Shown here: in pieces, positions 15,632-26,200 of the stretch
Layout: each line of letters begins with the position of its first letter
Numbering within the stretch: the first letter of the stretch is position 1
NCBI RefSeq assembly: GCF_000020025.1
Contig: NC_010628.1
Coordinates: forward strand, 3,720,001 to 3,752,000
Direction of reading: 5' to 3'
Length of the DNA stretch: 32,000 nucleotides
From: Nostoc punctiforme PCC 73102
Lineage (GTDB): Bacteria; Cyanobacteriota; Cyanobacteriia; Cyanobacteriales; Nostocaceae
The notes under the pieces: generated by a model
Databases searched by the model: none
What the model was told of the DNA's origin: nothing
What the model saw: the letters and a program-made list of their open reading frames with translations, nothing else
Program-made: the position numbers and the translations under genes

Positions 15632-18600
15632 TTATTCTGCCGCAAGTAGTTTTTGAACATCTTCATCAGAGAGTTTGGCTAAGTCTGCTAATGCCTGGGC
15701 TAATATCTCACTATCGGCATTGGCAATTTGAGCTTGAAAAATTGTCTCGGTTAAACTGATGATTTTAGGTGTTTCAAAAAAATCATTTACAGGTAAGTCT
15801 ATCAGGTATATCTCTCGTAATCGAGAAATGATTTGGATAGCTGTAAGAGAATTTCCTCCCAATTCAAAAAAGTTATCTTCTATGCCTATAGGTTCTATAC
15901 CTAGTAAATCTTGCCAAATATTAACAAGGCATTTTTCAATTTCATTGCTAGGAGCAATATAAGCATTTCGTAAGTTTGGTCTGGCATGATGGGTAATTGA
16001 AGATGCTGATTTTAAATCTTTCCGATTACCTAAGATTTTAAGTTGAATCCATTGGTCAATTCTAGCTTGCAGGTTCCCAGTAGAAACAACCCACTGATTA
16101 ACATCAGGTTGAGAGAAAATATATTGAAATATTTTGATTCCTTCTTGGGGATTTAGTGCTAACTCTGCTAAATTTCCGGTTATTTTTGGCTCTGAATCGA
16201 ATTGCCAAGCATCCCAGTTAATGCTAATCCAGGGTATAGAGTTGTTTGGGTTATATTTATGAGCGAAAATATCTAAAAAGTTATTTGCGGCAGAATAGGC
16301 GACAAATCCTAATCCTCCTAAAATTGATGATAAAGAAGAAAGCAAAAGACAAAAGTCTAGTTTTTGGTTTTGGAAAATCTTCTCTAATACTAAAAGTCCA
16401 TGAATTTTAGGTTGAAATTGCTGCAAACACTCTTGATAAGATGTTTGTTCTATAGCATGGAATGAATCAGCGATCGCAACGGCATGAATTACTCCATTGA
16501 CTCTACCATATTTCTCTTTAGCTAGGTCGATCGCTGCTTGCATTTGTTGCTGATTACTCACATCGGCATTGATGATTAAAACTTTGCCACCGAAAGATTC
16601 GATTTCTATTAGTTTTTGAATTTTTTGGCTAATACTATCAGTATGATCGTGATTAACTAACCATTGCTCCCAACTATCTTTTGCTGGGAAAGGAGAACGC
16701 CCAATCAAAATTAAATTACCCTGTACAGTTTTTGCTAAATGCTCTGCTAATAAAAGGCTAATTTTTCCTAAGCCACCTGTAATTAAATAGACTCCTTTTT
16801 CTCTTAATCTTGGTGTTCCTACTACAGATTCATCCCATTGTACTGGCTCGAAAGTTTGCACCAAACGATGATAACCACGATAAGCGATGACTTTATCTAA
16901 GTTATCACAAGTCAATTCGGCGACGATTTGCTCTACGAGTTTATCCTGAGAAGATTTAGGAATGATAATATCAATATTGCGGCAAGTAATATTTGGATAT
17001 TCTTGAGGAATAACTTTCACAGGGCCGAGTATAGTTGCCTTTGCTGGACACACTATGTCAACGCCTGTAACTTGTTGCACATTATTAGATACAACAGTAA
17101 TTTGTAATTCATCAATTACATGATGTTTTGCTAATGTTTGGGCGAGAAATAGTAAGCTGTAAAACCCTGTTTCCTGAGCTTTGTCAAATTCTGCAATTTC
17201 TAATTCTGGGGTATAGTTTTCGGTGACACTCCATAGATGAATAATTTTTTGAGGTTGCAAGCCCTGCCGATGAAGTTCTTGGAGCAAAGTATCATAATCT
17301 TGATGATTTTTTGGATTTAAGCTGTAGAGGCGCTCGCTAATCTGATGAAACTCTGAGCCAACCTTGAGAGTAATCACTGTCTCTCCCTCAAGTTCTAATT
17401 GTCTCACAATACCTAAACCCAAACCACAATCATCACTAAATACTAAAGTGCAACCAGGTGAACTGTGGCGGCGGCTTGGGGAAACTGTACGTTTCCAAGA
17501 AGGAATGTATAACCATTTGCTAATATCCAGTTTTTTGTTAGGTAGCAACTGAGGAGAACTAGGAATCTCTGCTGAGTTGGGAGCATCAAGCCAATAACGC
17601 TGACGTTCAAAAGGATAGGTTGGTAAAGCTAAACGCTGGCGGCGTTCATGAATGTACAAACCAGACCAATCTACCTCAACACCTGCTAACCAAAGTTGTC
17701 CCAAGGTGTTCTGTAAAAATGCGACATCGGAACTTTCATCTCGTGGATGGCGTAAGGAAGCCAGCGCTGTTATTCCAGTATTTTTGTCACTGTGTTGCTG
17801 AATAAAAGTACTTAATGTCCGACCAGGCCCCACTTCGAGAAAAACGCGATCACTCTCTTGCAATAATTCTTCCACACCTTGATTAAATAATACTGGCTGC
17901 CGCAGATGTTTTGTCCAATAGTTGGGGTCTGTTGCAACGCTTGGAGTAATCCAAGTACCAGTAACATTGGATATGTAGGGAATCTGCGGTGAGTGGAGTT
18001 GAATTTCAGCAATCTGCTCAGTCAAAGCTGCACAGATTGGCTCCATCATCGTTGAATGAAAAGCGTGAGATGTATGCAGAAGACGACAATCTACCCCTTT
18101 TTTGGTAAGCTGGTTTTGTAAAGTAGCGATCGCATCTGCAAGCCCAGAAACTACACATTGAGATGGTGCATTAATTGCTGCTAATGATAGTTGCTCGTTT
18201 AATAAGGGTTTAATTTCCGACTCTGGTAAGGGAACAGCCAGCATTGCCCCTTTAGGTAATTCCTGCATTAGCTTTGCACGGGTAATTACCAGTGTTAAGC
18301 CATCTTCTAAGGAAAACACACCTGCCAAACAAGCAGCCACATATTCGCCGATGCTATGACCAATCATTGCTTGTGGCTTGATACCCCAAGACATCCAAAG
18401 TTTTGCTAGGGCATATTCAATCACAAACAACGCAGGCTGAGTTAAATGAGTTTGTTGTAATTGTGCTTGGGCTGTTTCTTGAACGCTGGCTTCTGGATAT
18501 AATAACCTATGTAAATCAAGCCCAAAGTTGATTAGCAGTAATTGGGCGCAATGGTCAAATTCTGTTTGAAAAGTTGGCTCTACTTCGTAAAGTTCCCTTG

Positions 18601-20248
18601 CCATATTTACATATTGGGAACCTTGACCGGGAAACAAAAAAGTTACTGGTCTTTGGGTTTTTTCTTGGAAAGTTGTTAAGTACTGGCTCGGCTCTGATGC
18701 TTTGAGTCCAATTATTGCTGACTCTAAATTGCGACACACTAACATCCGCCGATGATTATAAGTTCTGCGACCTACTTGCAGGGTATGTACAACATCAGCT
18801 AAGTTAATATCTGGATGTTGTTGCAAATATTCAGCCAAATTTACGGTCATTGTTTCCAAAGCTGAATCAGTTTTGGCCGAAACAATCAACAGATGATATT
18901 TTCTCCCCTGCTCCTCTGCTCCCCTATCCTCCTGCTCTAACAAAGGGCTTTCTTCGAGAATCAGATGGGCGTTGGTTCCGCCAATTCCAAAGGAGCTAAC
19001 ACCCGACCGCCGGGGAGTATTAACAGAATCCCACTTTGATAACTTAGTATTAACGTAAAAGGGACTGTTGGCAAAGTCAATTTTAGAATTAGGTTGCTCA
19101 AAGTTCAAACTAGCTGGAATCACTTTGTGTTGCAGTGCCAGAGTCGTTTTAATCAACCCCGCAACCCCCGCAGCTGCATCTAAATGTCCCATATTTGTTT
19201 TGAGGGAACCAATCGCACAGAAACCTTTTTTAGCAGTACTAGTACGGAAAGCCTGAGTTAAAGCTTCTAGTTCAATAGGGTCGCCCAAAGGTGTAGCTGT
19301 GCCATGTGCTTCAATGTAGGTGATTGTCTCAGCTGCAATCTCAGATGTAGCTTGAGCCGCAAGAATCACATTTGCTTGCCCTTCTACTCCCGGAGCAGTG
19401 TAACCAATTTTTTGCGCTCCATCATTATTGATTGCCGAGCCTTTAATTACAGCATAAATGCGATCGCCATCTTTGATCGCATTTTCTAAACGTTTGAGTA
19501 CCACAATCCCCAAACCATTACCGCCAACTGCTCCTTTAGCTTTGGCATCAAAAGTCCGACAATGACCATCAACGGAAACAATGCCCCCTTCTTGATAAAT
19601 ATAGCCACTCATTTGTGGTAATCGAATAGAAACACCACCAGCCAGAGCCATTTCACAATCGCCACTTAACAACCCTTGACAAGCTAAGTGAACTGCCACT
19701 AAAGAGGAAGAGCAAGCAGTTTGAACAGTAATACTTGCACCAGAAAGGTCTAATTTATATGAAACAAGGGTGCTGAGATAATCACCATTGGCAATTAAAA
19801 TCGGTGAAACTCCCACAGCTTCGATTAAGTCACTGTTTGGATAGATGTTATCTAGTAAATAGTCATTTTTACCGACGGCAGCGTAAACACCAATAGGACT
19901 TTTATAAGTTTGTGGATTGTAGGCAGCGTTTTCTAAAGCTTCATCAGCACACTCTAAAAACAGACGGTGTTGGGGGTTTAAGATTTCTGCTTCTCTGGGG
20001 GTATAGCCAAAGAAAGCTGCGTCAAACATCTCAATGTCATTTAATATCGCCCCAGCTTTGACATAGTTGGATTGACTTAATAAAGCTGGTTCAATCCCCG
20101 CAGCCAGCAATTCTTCATCGGAGAAAAATTTTACAGATTCGACACCATCTTGCAGATTACGCCAAAATTCTTCAATATTTTTAGCTCCGGGAAACCGACC
20201 GGCTAGGCCAATAATGGCTACTTCTAAACCTGTTTTTTCACTACTCAT
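15632..20248 (-). CDS. Type I modular polyketide synthase, one module (KS-AT-KR-ACP), 1538 aa
   Basis: Contains the KS triad motifs TACSSSL, EAHGTATPLGDPIE and NMGHLDAAAG. The AT has GHSIGE and HAFHS. The KR has TGGLGKIS and YSAANNFLD. The carrier has LGGNSL. The ATG at 20246-20248 overlaps the upstream stop. Confidence 0.97.
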   Translation of the reverse strand: MSSEKTGLEVAIIGLAGRFPGAKNIEEFWRNLQDGVESVKFFSDEELLAAGIEPALLSQSNYVKAGAILNDIEMFDAAFFGYTPREAEILNPQHRLFLECADEALENAAYNPQTYKSPIGVYAAVGKNDYLLDNIYPNSDLIEAVGVSPILIANGDYLSTLVSYKLDLSGASITVQTACSSSLVAVHLACQGLLSGDCEMALAGGVSIRLPQMSGYIYQEGGIVSVDGHCRTFDAKAKGAVGGNGLGIVVLKRLENAIKDGDRIYAVIKGSAINNDGAQKIGYTAPGVEGQANVILAAQATSEIAAETITYIEAHGTATPLGDPIELEALTQAFRTSTAKKGFCAIGSLKTNMGHLDAAAGVAGLIKTTLALQHKVIPASLNFEQPNSKIDFANSPFYVNTKLSKWDSVNTPRRSGVSSFGIGGTNAHLILEESPLLEQEDRGAEEQGRKYHLLIVSAKTDSALETMTVNLAEYLQQHPDINLADVVHTLQVGRRTYNHRRMLVCRNLESAIIGLKASEPSQYLTTFQEKTQRPVTFLFPGQGSQYVNMARELYEVEPTFQTEFDHCAQLLLINFGLDLHRLLYPEASVQETAQAQLQQTHLTQPALFVIEYALAKLWMSWGIKPQAMIGHSIGEYVAACLAGVFSLEDGLTLVITRAKLMQELPKGAMLAVPLPESEIKPLLNEQLSLAAINAPSQCVVSGLADAIATLQNQLTKKGVDCRLLHTSHAFHSTMMEPICAALTEQIAEIQLHSPQIPYISNVTGTWITPSVATDPNYWTKHLRQPVLFNQGVEELLQESDRVFLEVGPGRTLSTFIQQHSDKNTGITALASLRHPRDESSDVAFLQNTLGQLWLAGVEVDWSGLYIHERRQRLALPTYPFERQRYWLDAPNSAEIPSSPQLLPNKKLDISKWLYIPSWKRTVSPSRRHSSPGCTLVFSDDCGLGLGIVRQLELEGETVITLKVGSEFHQISERLYSLNPKNHQDYDTLLQELHRQGLQPQKIIHLWSVTENYTPELEIAEFDKAQETGFYSLLFLAQTLAKHHVIDELQITVVSNNVQQVTGVDIVCPAKATILGPVKVIPQEYPNITCRNIDIIIPKSSQDKLVEQIVAELTCDNLDKVIAYRGYHRLVQTFEPVQWDESVVGTPRLREKGVYLITGGLGKISLLLAEHLAKTVQGNLILIGRSPFPAKDSWEQWLVNHDHTDSISQKIQKLIEIESFGGKVLIINADVSNQQQMQAAIDLAKEKYGRVNGVIHAVAIADSFHAIEQTSYQECLQQFQPKIHGLLVLEKIFQNQKLDFCLLLSSLSSILGGLGFVAYSAANNFLDIFAHKYNPNNSIPWISINWDAWQFDSEPKITGNLAELALNPQEGIKIFQYIFSQPDVNQWVVSTGNLQARIDQWIQLKILGNRKDLKSASSITHHARPNLRNAYIAPSNEIEKCLVNIWQDLLGIEPIGIEDNFFELGGNSLTAIQIISRLREIYLIDLPVNDFFETPKIISLTETIFQAQIANADSEILAQALADLAKLSDEDVQKLLAAE
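15735..15955 (-). other. Acyl carrier domain (PCP-like signature)
   Basis: FFELGGNSLTAIQIISRL; Ser codon at 15848-15850. An acidic C-terminal tail follows (SDEDVQKLLAAE). Confidence 0.88.
16210..17535 (-). other. Ketoreductase (KR) domain with N-terminal structural subdomain
   Basis: The Rossmann motif YLITGGLGKIS is at about 16766-16792. The catalytic Tyr in YSAANNFLD has its codon at 16295-16297. No DH (HxxxGxxxxP), ER or methyltransferase motif occurs between the AT and KR. I could not assign the stereochemical type: the LDD position reads ADS and there is no A-type Trp. Confidence 0.85.
16470..16477. repeat. HIP1 palindrome GCGATCGC
   Basis: Exact 8-mer read in the sequence. Confidence 0.95.
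17760..18646 (-). other. Acyltransferase (AT) domain, malonyl-CoA type
   Basis: Contains FLFPGQGSQY and GHSIGE (Ser codon 18353-18355). The HAFH motif at 18056-18067 is the malonyl-specific signature, as opposed to YASH for methylmalonyl. Confidence 0.85.
18126..18133. repeat. HIP1 palindrome GCGATCGC
   Basis: Exact 8-mer read in the sequence. Confidence 0.95.
18953..20233 (-). other. Ketosynthase (KS) domain
   Basis: The active-site Cys codon is at 19712-19714 (TACSSSL, residue 179). Both His motifs are present, and the domain ends at GGTNAHLILEE. Confidence 0.92.
19460..19467. repeat. HIP1 palindrome GCGATCGC
   Basis: Exact 8-mer read in the sequence. Confidence 0.95.
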
Positions 20249-23200
20249 TGTTTGCCCCCTTTGATGAACGTGCTAACCGTTGTTTGAGACGGTTTCTCCC
20301 GGCTTTGATATCTGTAATTTGATTATTTTTTTTCTCTATATCGGATGCAGAGTCAGTTTTTTCGGAACTTAAATATTTGGCAAGAGTTGAAATAGTGGGA
20401 TATTTAAACATTTCCAGTAAGGAAATATCTTGGTTGAGAAACTCCTGCAACTTTTGAGTTAGCTTCACCATCAGTAAGGAGTGACCACCAAGGTCAAAAA
20501 AATTGTCATCTATCCCTACTTTTTCTAATTGCAACACCTCTTGCCAAATGTTAGCGATCGCTTGTTCAATTTTGCTTCGTGGCGCTACATAACTGGCAGC
20601 AAATTGCGCTGATAAATCAGGTGCAGGTAAGGAGCGACGGTCTATTTTGCCATTTGGTGTCAGAGGAAATTGCTCTAAGAACACAAAGGCCGCAGGAATC
20701 ATGTAATTAGGTAACTGTCTCTGCAAGAAACTGCGTAAATCACTAATACTATGTGTCTGATTTAGTTCAAATATTATATAAGCTACCAAACGGCGTTGGC
20801 AAAGCCCACCGCAGGCATCATCGCTTATATCCTCTCTCGCCAACACTACTACTTCTCGAATGGCAGGATGCTGTAACAGTGCAGTTTCTATTTCTCCCAA
20901 CTCAATGCGGAAGCCCCGAATTTTGACTTGATTATCAATCCGTGCTAAATATTCGATATTTCCATCAGGTAAATAACGCCCTAAATCGCCAGTTTTATAC
21001 AACTTTGAATTGTTAAAGGGATTGGCAATAAATTTCTCTTGTGTCAACTCTAAGCGATTGAGATAACCTTGTGCTAATCCATCACCACCTATATATAATT
21101 CACCAGGAACACCAATAGGTACTGGCTGTAAGTTTTGATCTAATAAATAGATTTGAGTATTAGAAATTGGCTGACCAATAGGGATAGTTGTAGCTGTTGC
21201 AGGTACATCTTCGATTAAAAACCAAGAAGAAAAAGTGGTGCTTTCTGTCGGGCCATAAACATGCAGTAAATGCTGTGGCGCACCATTTTGCAATACCTCT
21301 TTTACCCATCTGGGATCAACAGCCTCGCCACCAAATAAGAGATATCGCAGGGTGTTAAATGCCTGGGGTACAAAACTAGCTAACTGATTAAATAAGGCTG
21401 TGGTTAGGAATAAAACACTAATTTCCTGTTCACGGATATATGCAGCAAATTCTTGGGGTGAGAGGGCTATATTGTGCGTCACACCTACTAGCCTTGCACC
21501 ATGCAAGAGTGCGCCCCATATTTCAAAGGTAGCAGCATCGAAAGACGCATTTGCAGCTTGGGCAATACAATCGTTAGCATCTAACTGTATATAGTTGGTG
21601 TTAAACACTAGGCGATTAACTGCCCGATGGGGAACAGCTACCCCTTTGGGTTTGCCTGTAGAACCGGAAGTATAGATAACATAAGCTAGTTTGTCAGCTG
21701 TAACTTCGCTATGCAGATTTGCCGTACTTTCTCGGTTAATAATATCCCAACCAGTATCTAAACACACCACTGGCTGACCGTATTCTGGCAGCTTTTCAAC
21801 TAATCGCTGTTGCGTCAGCAGCACAGGCACTTGTGAATCTGCCAACATCAAACTTAAGCGTTCTTGGGGATAATCCGGGTCAAGTGGCACATACGCACCA
21901 CCTGCTTTGAGAATCCCCAGCAGTCCCACTAGCATTTCTAAAGAACGTTCGACAAAAATGCCCACCAGCACTTCTGTACCAACACCTAAAGTTCTCAAGT
22001 AATGAGCTAATTGATTAGCTCGACTATTTAACTCTTGGTAAGTAATTTGCTGGCTTCCAAACACTGCCGCTACTAGATCCGGGTTACGTTCCGCCTGGGC
22101 TGTAAACAACTCATGAATGCACTGATTTTGCGGATATTCTGTTTGAGTATTATTCCATTCATTTAATAACTGGTGTTGCTCATTCACTGTGAGCAGAGGT
22201 AGTTGGGAAACTGGTTGTTCTGGATTTGTTACAATACTCTCCAGTAAAGTTTGGAAATGCCCAATCATCCGAGCGATCGTCAATGTATCAAATAAATCAG
22301 TGTTATATTCCCACGCTCCTACTAGTCCCTGGTCAGTGTTCTCAAAAGCTAAAGTCAAATCAAACTTGGCTGTTAAGCTTTCTGTTGTTAATGAACTCAA
22401 AGTTAAACCAGGCAATTCTATATCCGATGTCGGAGTATTCTGAAACACAAACATGACTTGGAATAGCGGTGTATGGCTTAAGTCTCGTTCTGGCTGTAAT
22501 GCCTCTACTAGCAGTTCAAACGGCAAGTCTTGATGAGTATGAGCTTCTAGAGACACTTCCCGAACTCGCTCTAATAATTGCCGGAAACTGGGATTACCGG
22601 AAACATCTGTGCGAAAAACTAAAGTGTTAACGAAGAAACCGATTAATCCTTCTATTTCACTGTAATTCCGATTGGCGATCGCAGAACCGACTAAAATATC
22701 TGTCTGTCCTGTATAGCGGTGAAGTAAGGTATCAAAAGCTGCCAACAATGTCATAAACAGGGTGACACCTTCTTGCCGACTTAATAAGCTTAGTGCTTGG
22801 CTTAACTCCTCAGAAAGTGAGAAAGATTGAGTCGTCCCTCGAAAGGTTTGCACTGCTGGTCTGGGCCGGTCAGTAGGTAGTTCTAATAAAGCTGGTGCGC
22901 CTGCTAGTTGTTCTCGCCAGTAATTAATTTGAGACTCTTTAACCTCACCTTGCAACCACTGTCTTTGCCACACTGCAAAGTCAGCGTATTGGATAGCGAG
23001 TTCTGGTAAGGATGAGAGATGACCTTGAGAAAAAGCGGTGTAAAGTTCTGCTACCTCTTGGACAAAAACACCCATTGACCAACCATCAGAGACAATGTGG
23101 TGCATACAGAACAGCAATATGTTTTCTGTCTCTGATATCGCTAGTAAAGTAGTCCTAATTAACGATTCATTTACTAAGTCAAAGGGCTGCTGGGCTGCTA

Positions 23201-26200
23201 CTGTTGCCAATTGTTGAATTTCAATTTCTCGTTCATCTGCTGGCAAATCCTGTAAGTCTATCACTGTCATTGTCCAAGAACTTACAGGGCGGATAATTTG
23301 CACCGCCTCCCCTGCTTGAGTGATGAAGTTGGTACGTAAAGCTTCATGACGACGGATGATTTCACTGAGGCTTTGTTCTAGCGCTGCAACATTCAGTTGA
23401 CCTTGAAAACTTACTGCGCCTGGGATGTTATATGCAGCACTATTTGGATCTAACTGGTTGAGGAACCATAAACGCTGTTGAGCAAATGAAAGGGGGATGT
23501 TTTCATTTCTAGCTACAGGTTGCAGAGGTGGTATTAATAATTCTGATGAGTTTCGTTGATATTGCTGAATATATTCAGCTAAATTGGCGATCGTCGCAGC
23601 TTCAAATAGACTACGTAAAGGTAACTCTATTTTAAAGGTAGTTCTGATTCGGGAAACAAGTTGAGTTGCCAATAACGAATGTCCGCCCAATTCAAAAAAG
23701 TTATCGTAAACACCTATTTGTTCTACTCGCAGCACATCAGCCCAAATAGGTGCTAATATTTCTTCGATGGGTGTGCGTGGGGCAACAAAATTAACTTCTA
23801 ATTCCCGAAGTGTTTCTGGCAGTGGTAAGGCGCGACGGTCTACTTTGCCATTAGGAGTTAATGGGAGAGTTTCTAAGAATACAAAAGCCGAAGGAATCAT
23901 GTACTCAGGCAACTTTGAACCCAGAAATTGCCGGAGTTCATTTATTGTTGGTGTTGGTTCTTGATTGAGTGCAAGGTAAGCGACTAAGCATTTATCACCT
24001 GGAGTATCTTCACGGGCAATTACTGTTACCTGTAATATTGCTGGGTGTTGGCTCAGTATTGCCTCTATCTCTCCCAACTCAATACGGAAGCCGCGAATTT
24101 TAACTTGGTGATCTATCCGTCCTAAATACTCGATATTCCCATCAGGTAAATAACGCGCTAAATCCCCAGTTTTATATAATTTTGAATTTTGAATTTTGAA
24201 TTTTGAATTATTAAAAGGGTTGGGGATGAATTTTTCTTGTGTCAAATCAGGGCGGTTAAGATAGCCTTGAGCTACACCAGCACCACCGATATGCAACTCA
24301 CCTGGAACACCAATCGGCACAGGTTGGAGATAACTATCAAGGATATAAGCTTGAGTATTAGGAATGGGACGACCAATAGGGGGTTTATCGGAGCGCTCGC
24401 CATTGCCACATTCTGCTACAGTTGCACAGACAGTAGTTTCCGTTGGTCCATAAGCGTTGAAGAAACGTCGCCCAACTGACCATTGCTTAATCAAGTCAGG
24501 AGCGCAAGCTTCACCCGCCACAATGATGTTCTGTAATGCCGGAAGTTCTGCTTGTGGTAGAACTGCTAACGCCGATGGTGGCAAGGTAATGTGGGTAATC
24601 CCATAGTCGCGTAATAATTCAATTAATTCCAAACCAGGTAAAAGAGACTCTTTAGTTCCTAAATACAGCCTTGCACCTGAACCCAATGCCATCACCACTT
24701 CCCAAATTGATGCGTCAAAGCTAAAAGAAGCAAATTGCAGAATCCGACTTGAGGGCAGTAAATCAAACAAATCAATCTGGGCTTGAGCTAAGTTGCATAA
24801 CCCGGAATGTTTCACCATCACACCCTTGGGTTTGCCTGTTGAGCCGGAGGTGTAAATCACATTTACTAAATCCGAGTCTTTCACCCCACTAATTGGATTT
24901 TCTTGGCTGTGTTGGATAATTTGTTCCCAACTTTCATCAATGACTACCAGTGTGGCTTGATGCTCAGGTAATCTTGCAACTAATCGGTGTTGTGTCAGCA
25001 GCAGCGACACTTGAGAATCTGACAAGATATGAGATATTCGTTCTTGGGGATACTCCGGGTCAATCGGTACATAAGCACCACCCGCTTTCAGAATCCCTAA
25101 TAATCCTACTAGCATTTCTAAAGAACGTTCGACACACAGACCAACTAACACATCAACTCTTACACCTAGAGTCCTTAAATAATGGGCTAAGTGGTTCGCT
25201 TGTTGATTTAGTTCTCGGTAAGTGAGTTGTTGATTTTCAAACACCAATGCCACTGCATCGGGGGTGCGTTCCACCTGCATTTCAAAAAACTGATGAATGC
25301 AGATGTCTTGGAGATAGTTTCTTTGCGTATCATTCCATTCTTCTAGCAGCTGGTATTGCTCTTGTGTAGATAAGCCGGAACATAACTCGTAGCTTTCCAG
25401 TGGCTCCTTCACCATTGCATCCAGGGTTTTTACATAATAGCTACTAATAGCTTTTATTTGTTCTCTACACAACTCAGAGGCATCGTAAGCAAAACCAACT
25501 TCTAATTCAGACGAGCCGGGATTCAGCTTAAAGTTAACTGCCAAAGTAAAGTTTGTTTCTTCAACAGACTTTAATCCTAGTAACTCTACATTATTATTGA
25601 GTTCTATGACTGTTTGATATACATGGAAATGCACGAAATTAAAGATAATCTCAAACAAAGGTTGACCACCCAGAATCCTCTGTAATTGCCCTAGAGGATA
25701 TCGGCGAAAAGGTAGCAGCTCCACCTCTGCATCAAATACTTGTCTTATCAAGTCTACCCAAGTGCCTCCAGACAGGTTTAGACGAAATGGCAAGCTATTG
25801 AGGAAGAGTCCCAAAACTTGCTCACTATCAGTCTGTTCTGGTCTTCCATTGGCGACTAAACCTGTTAATACATCAACTTGGTTGCTAATTATACTTAAAA
25901 CTCGCACATGTGCAGCCAATAGCACACTTTTGAGGGGAACACCTATAAATTGAGCTAGCTTTTGCAAGCCGTTGTAAAGATCCGCAGATAAAGGCACATC
26001 TTGTGTGCCAACTTGCCGGACTTTGGCTTTTTGTTGAGAAGAATACCAACGAGGCACCATAGTTATAGTGCATTCTTTCAACTTTTCTGTCCAATAGTAT
26101 TCATGCTCCTTCGAGCCTAAAGCTTGTCGTTCCAAAGCCACAAAATTGCGGAAGGAACTTGAGGGGGATGGCAAAAGCGGTTGGGCTTTTTGGTTTACAA

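Noticed and set aside
16210-17535. A possible hidden DH, ER or methyltransferase domain in the 300 residues between the AT and the KR Rossmann fold.
   Set aside because: No HxxxGxxxxP (DH) motif, no SAM-binding glycine-rich methyltransferase motif and no ER signature is present. The size and position fit the usual KR structural subdomain.
18903-18937. A pyrimidine-rich tract, CTCCCCTGCTCCTCTGCTCCCCTATCCTCCTGCTC, encoding EQEDRGAEEQGRK in the KS-AT linker. I considered it as a possible decayed GGGGAGC-type repeat insertion.
   Set aside because: There is no clean periodicity or tandem unit, and no paralogous empty site for comparison. KS-AT linkers are normally variable and charged, so I cannot distinguish it from an ordinary linker.
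22273-22280. GCGATCGT at 22273-22280 and at 23587-23594, considered as HIP1 sites.
   Set aside because: These are one-mismatch variants, so they are not counted among the 15 exact HIP1 copies.
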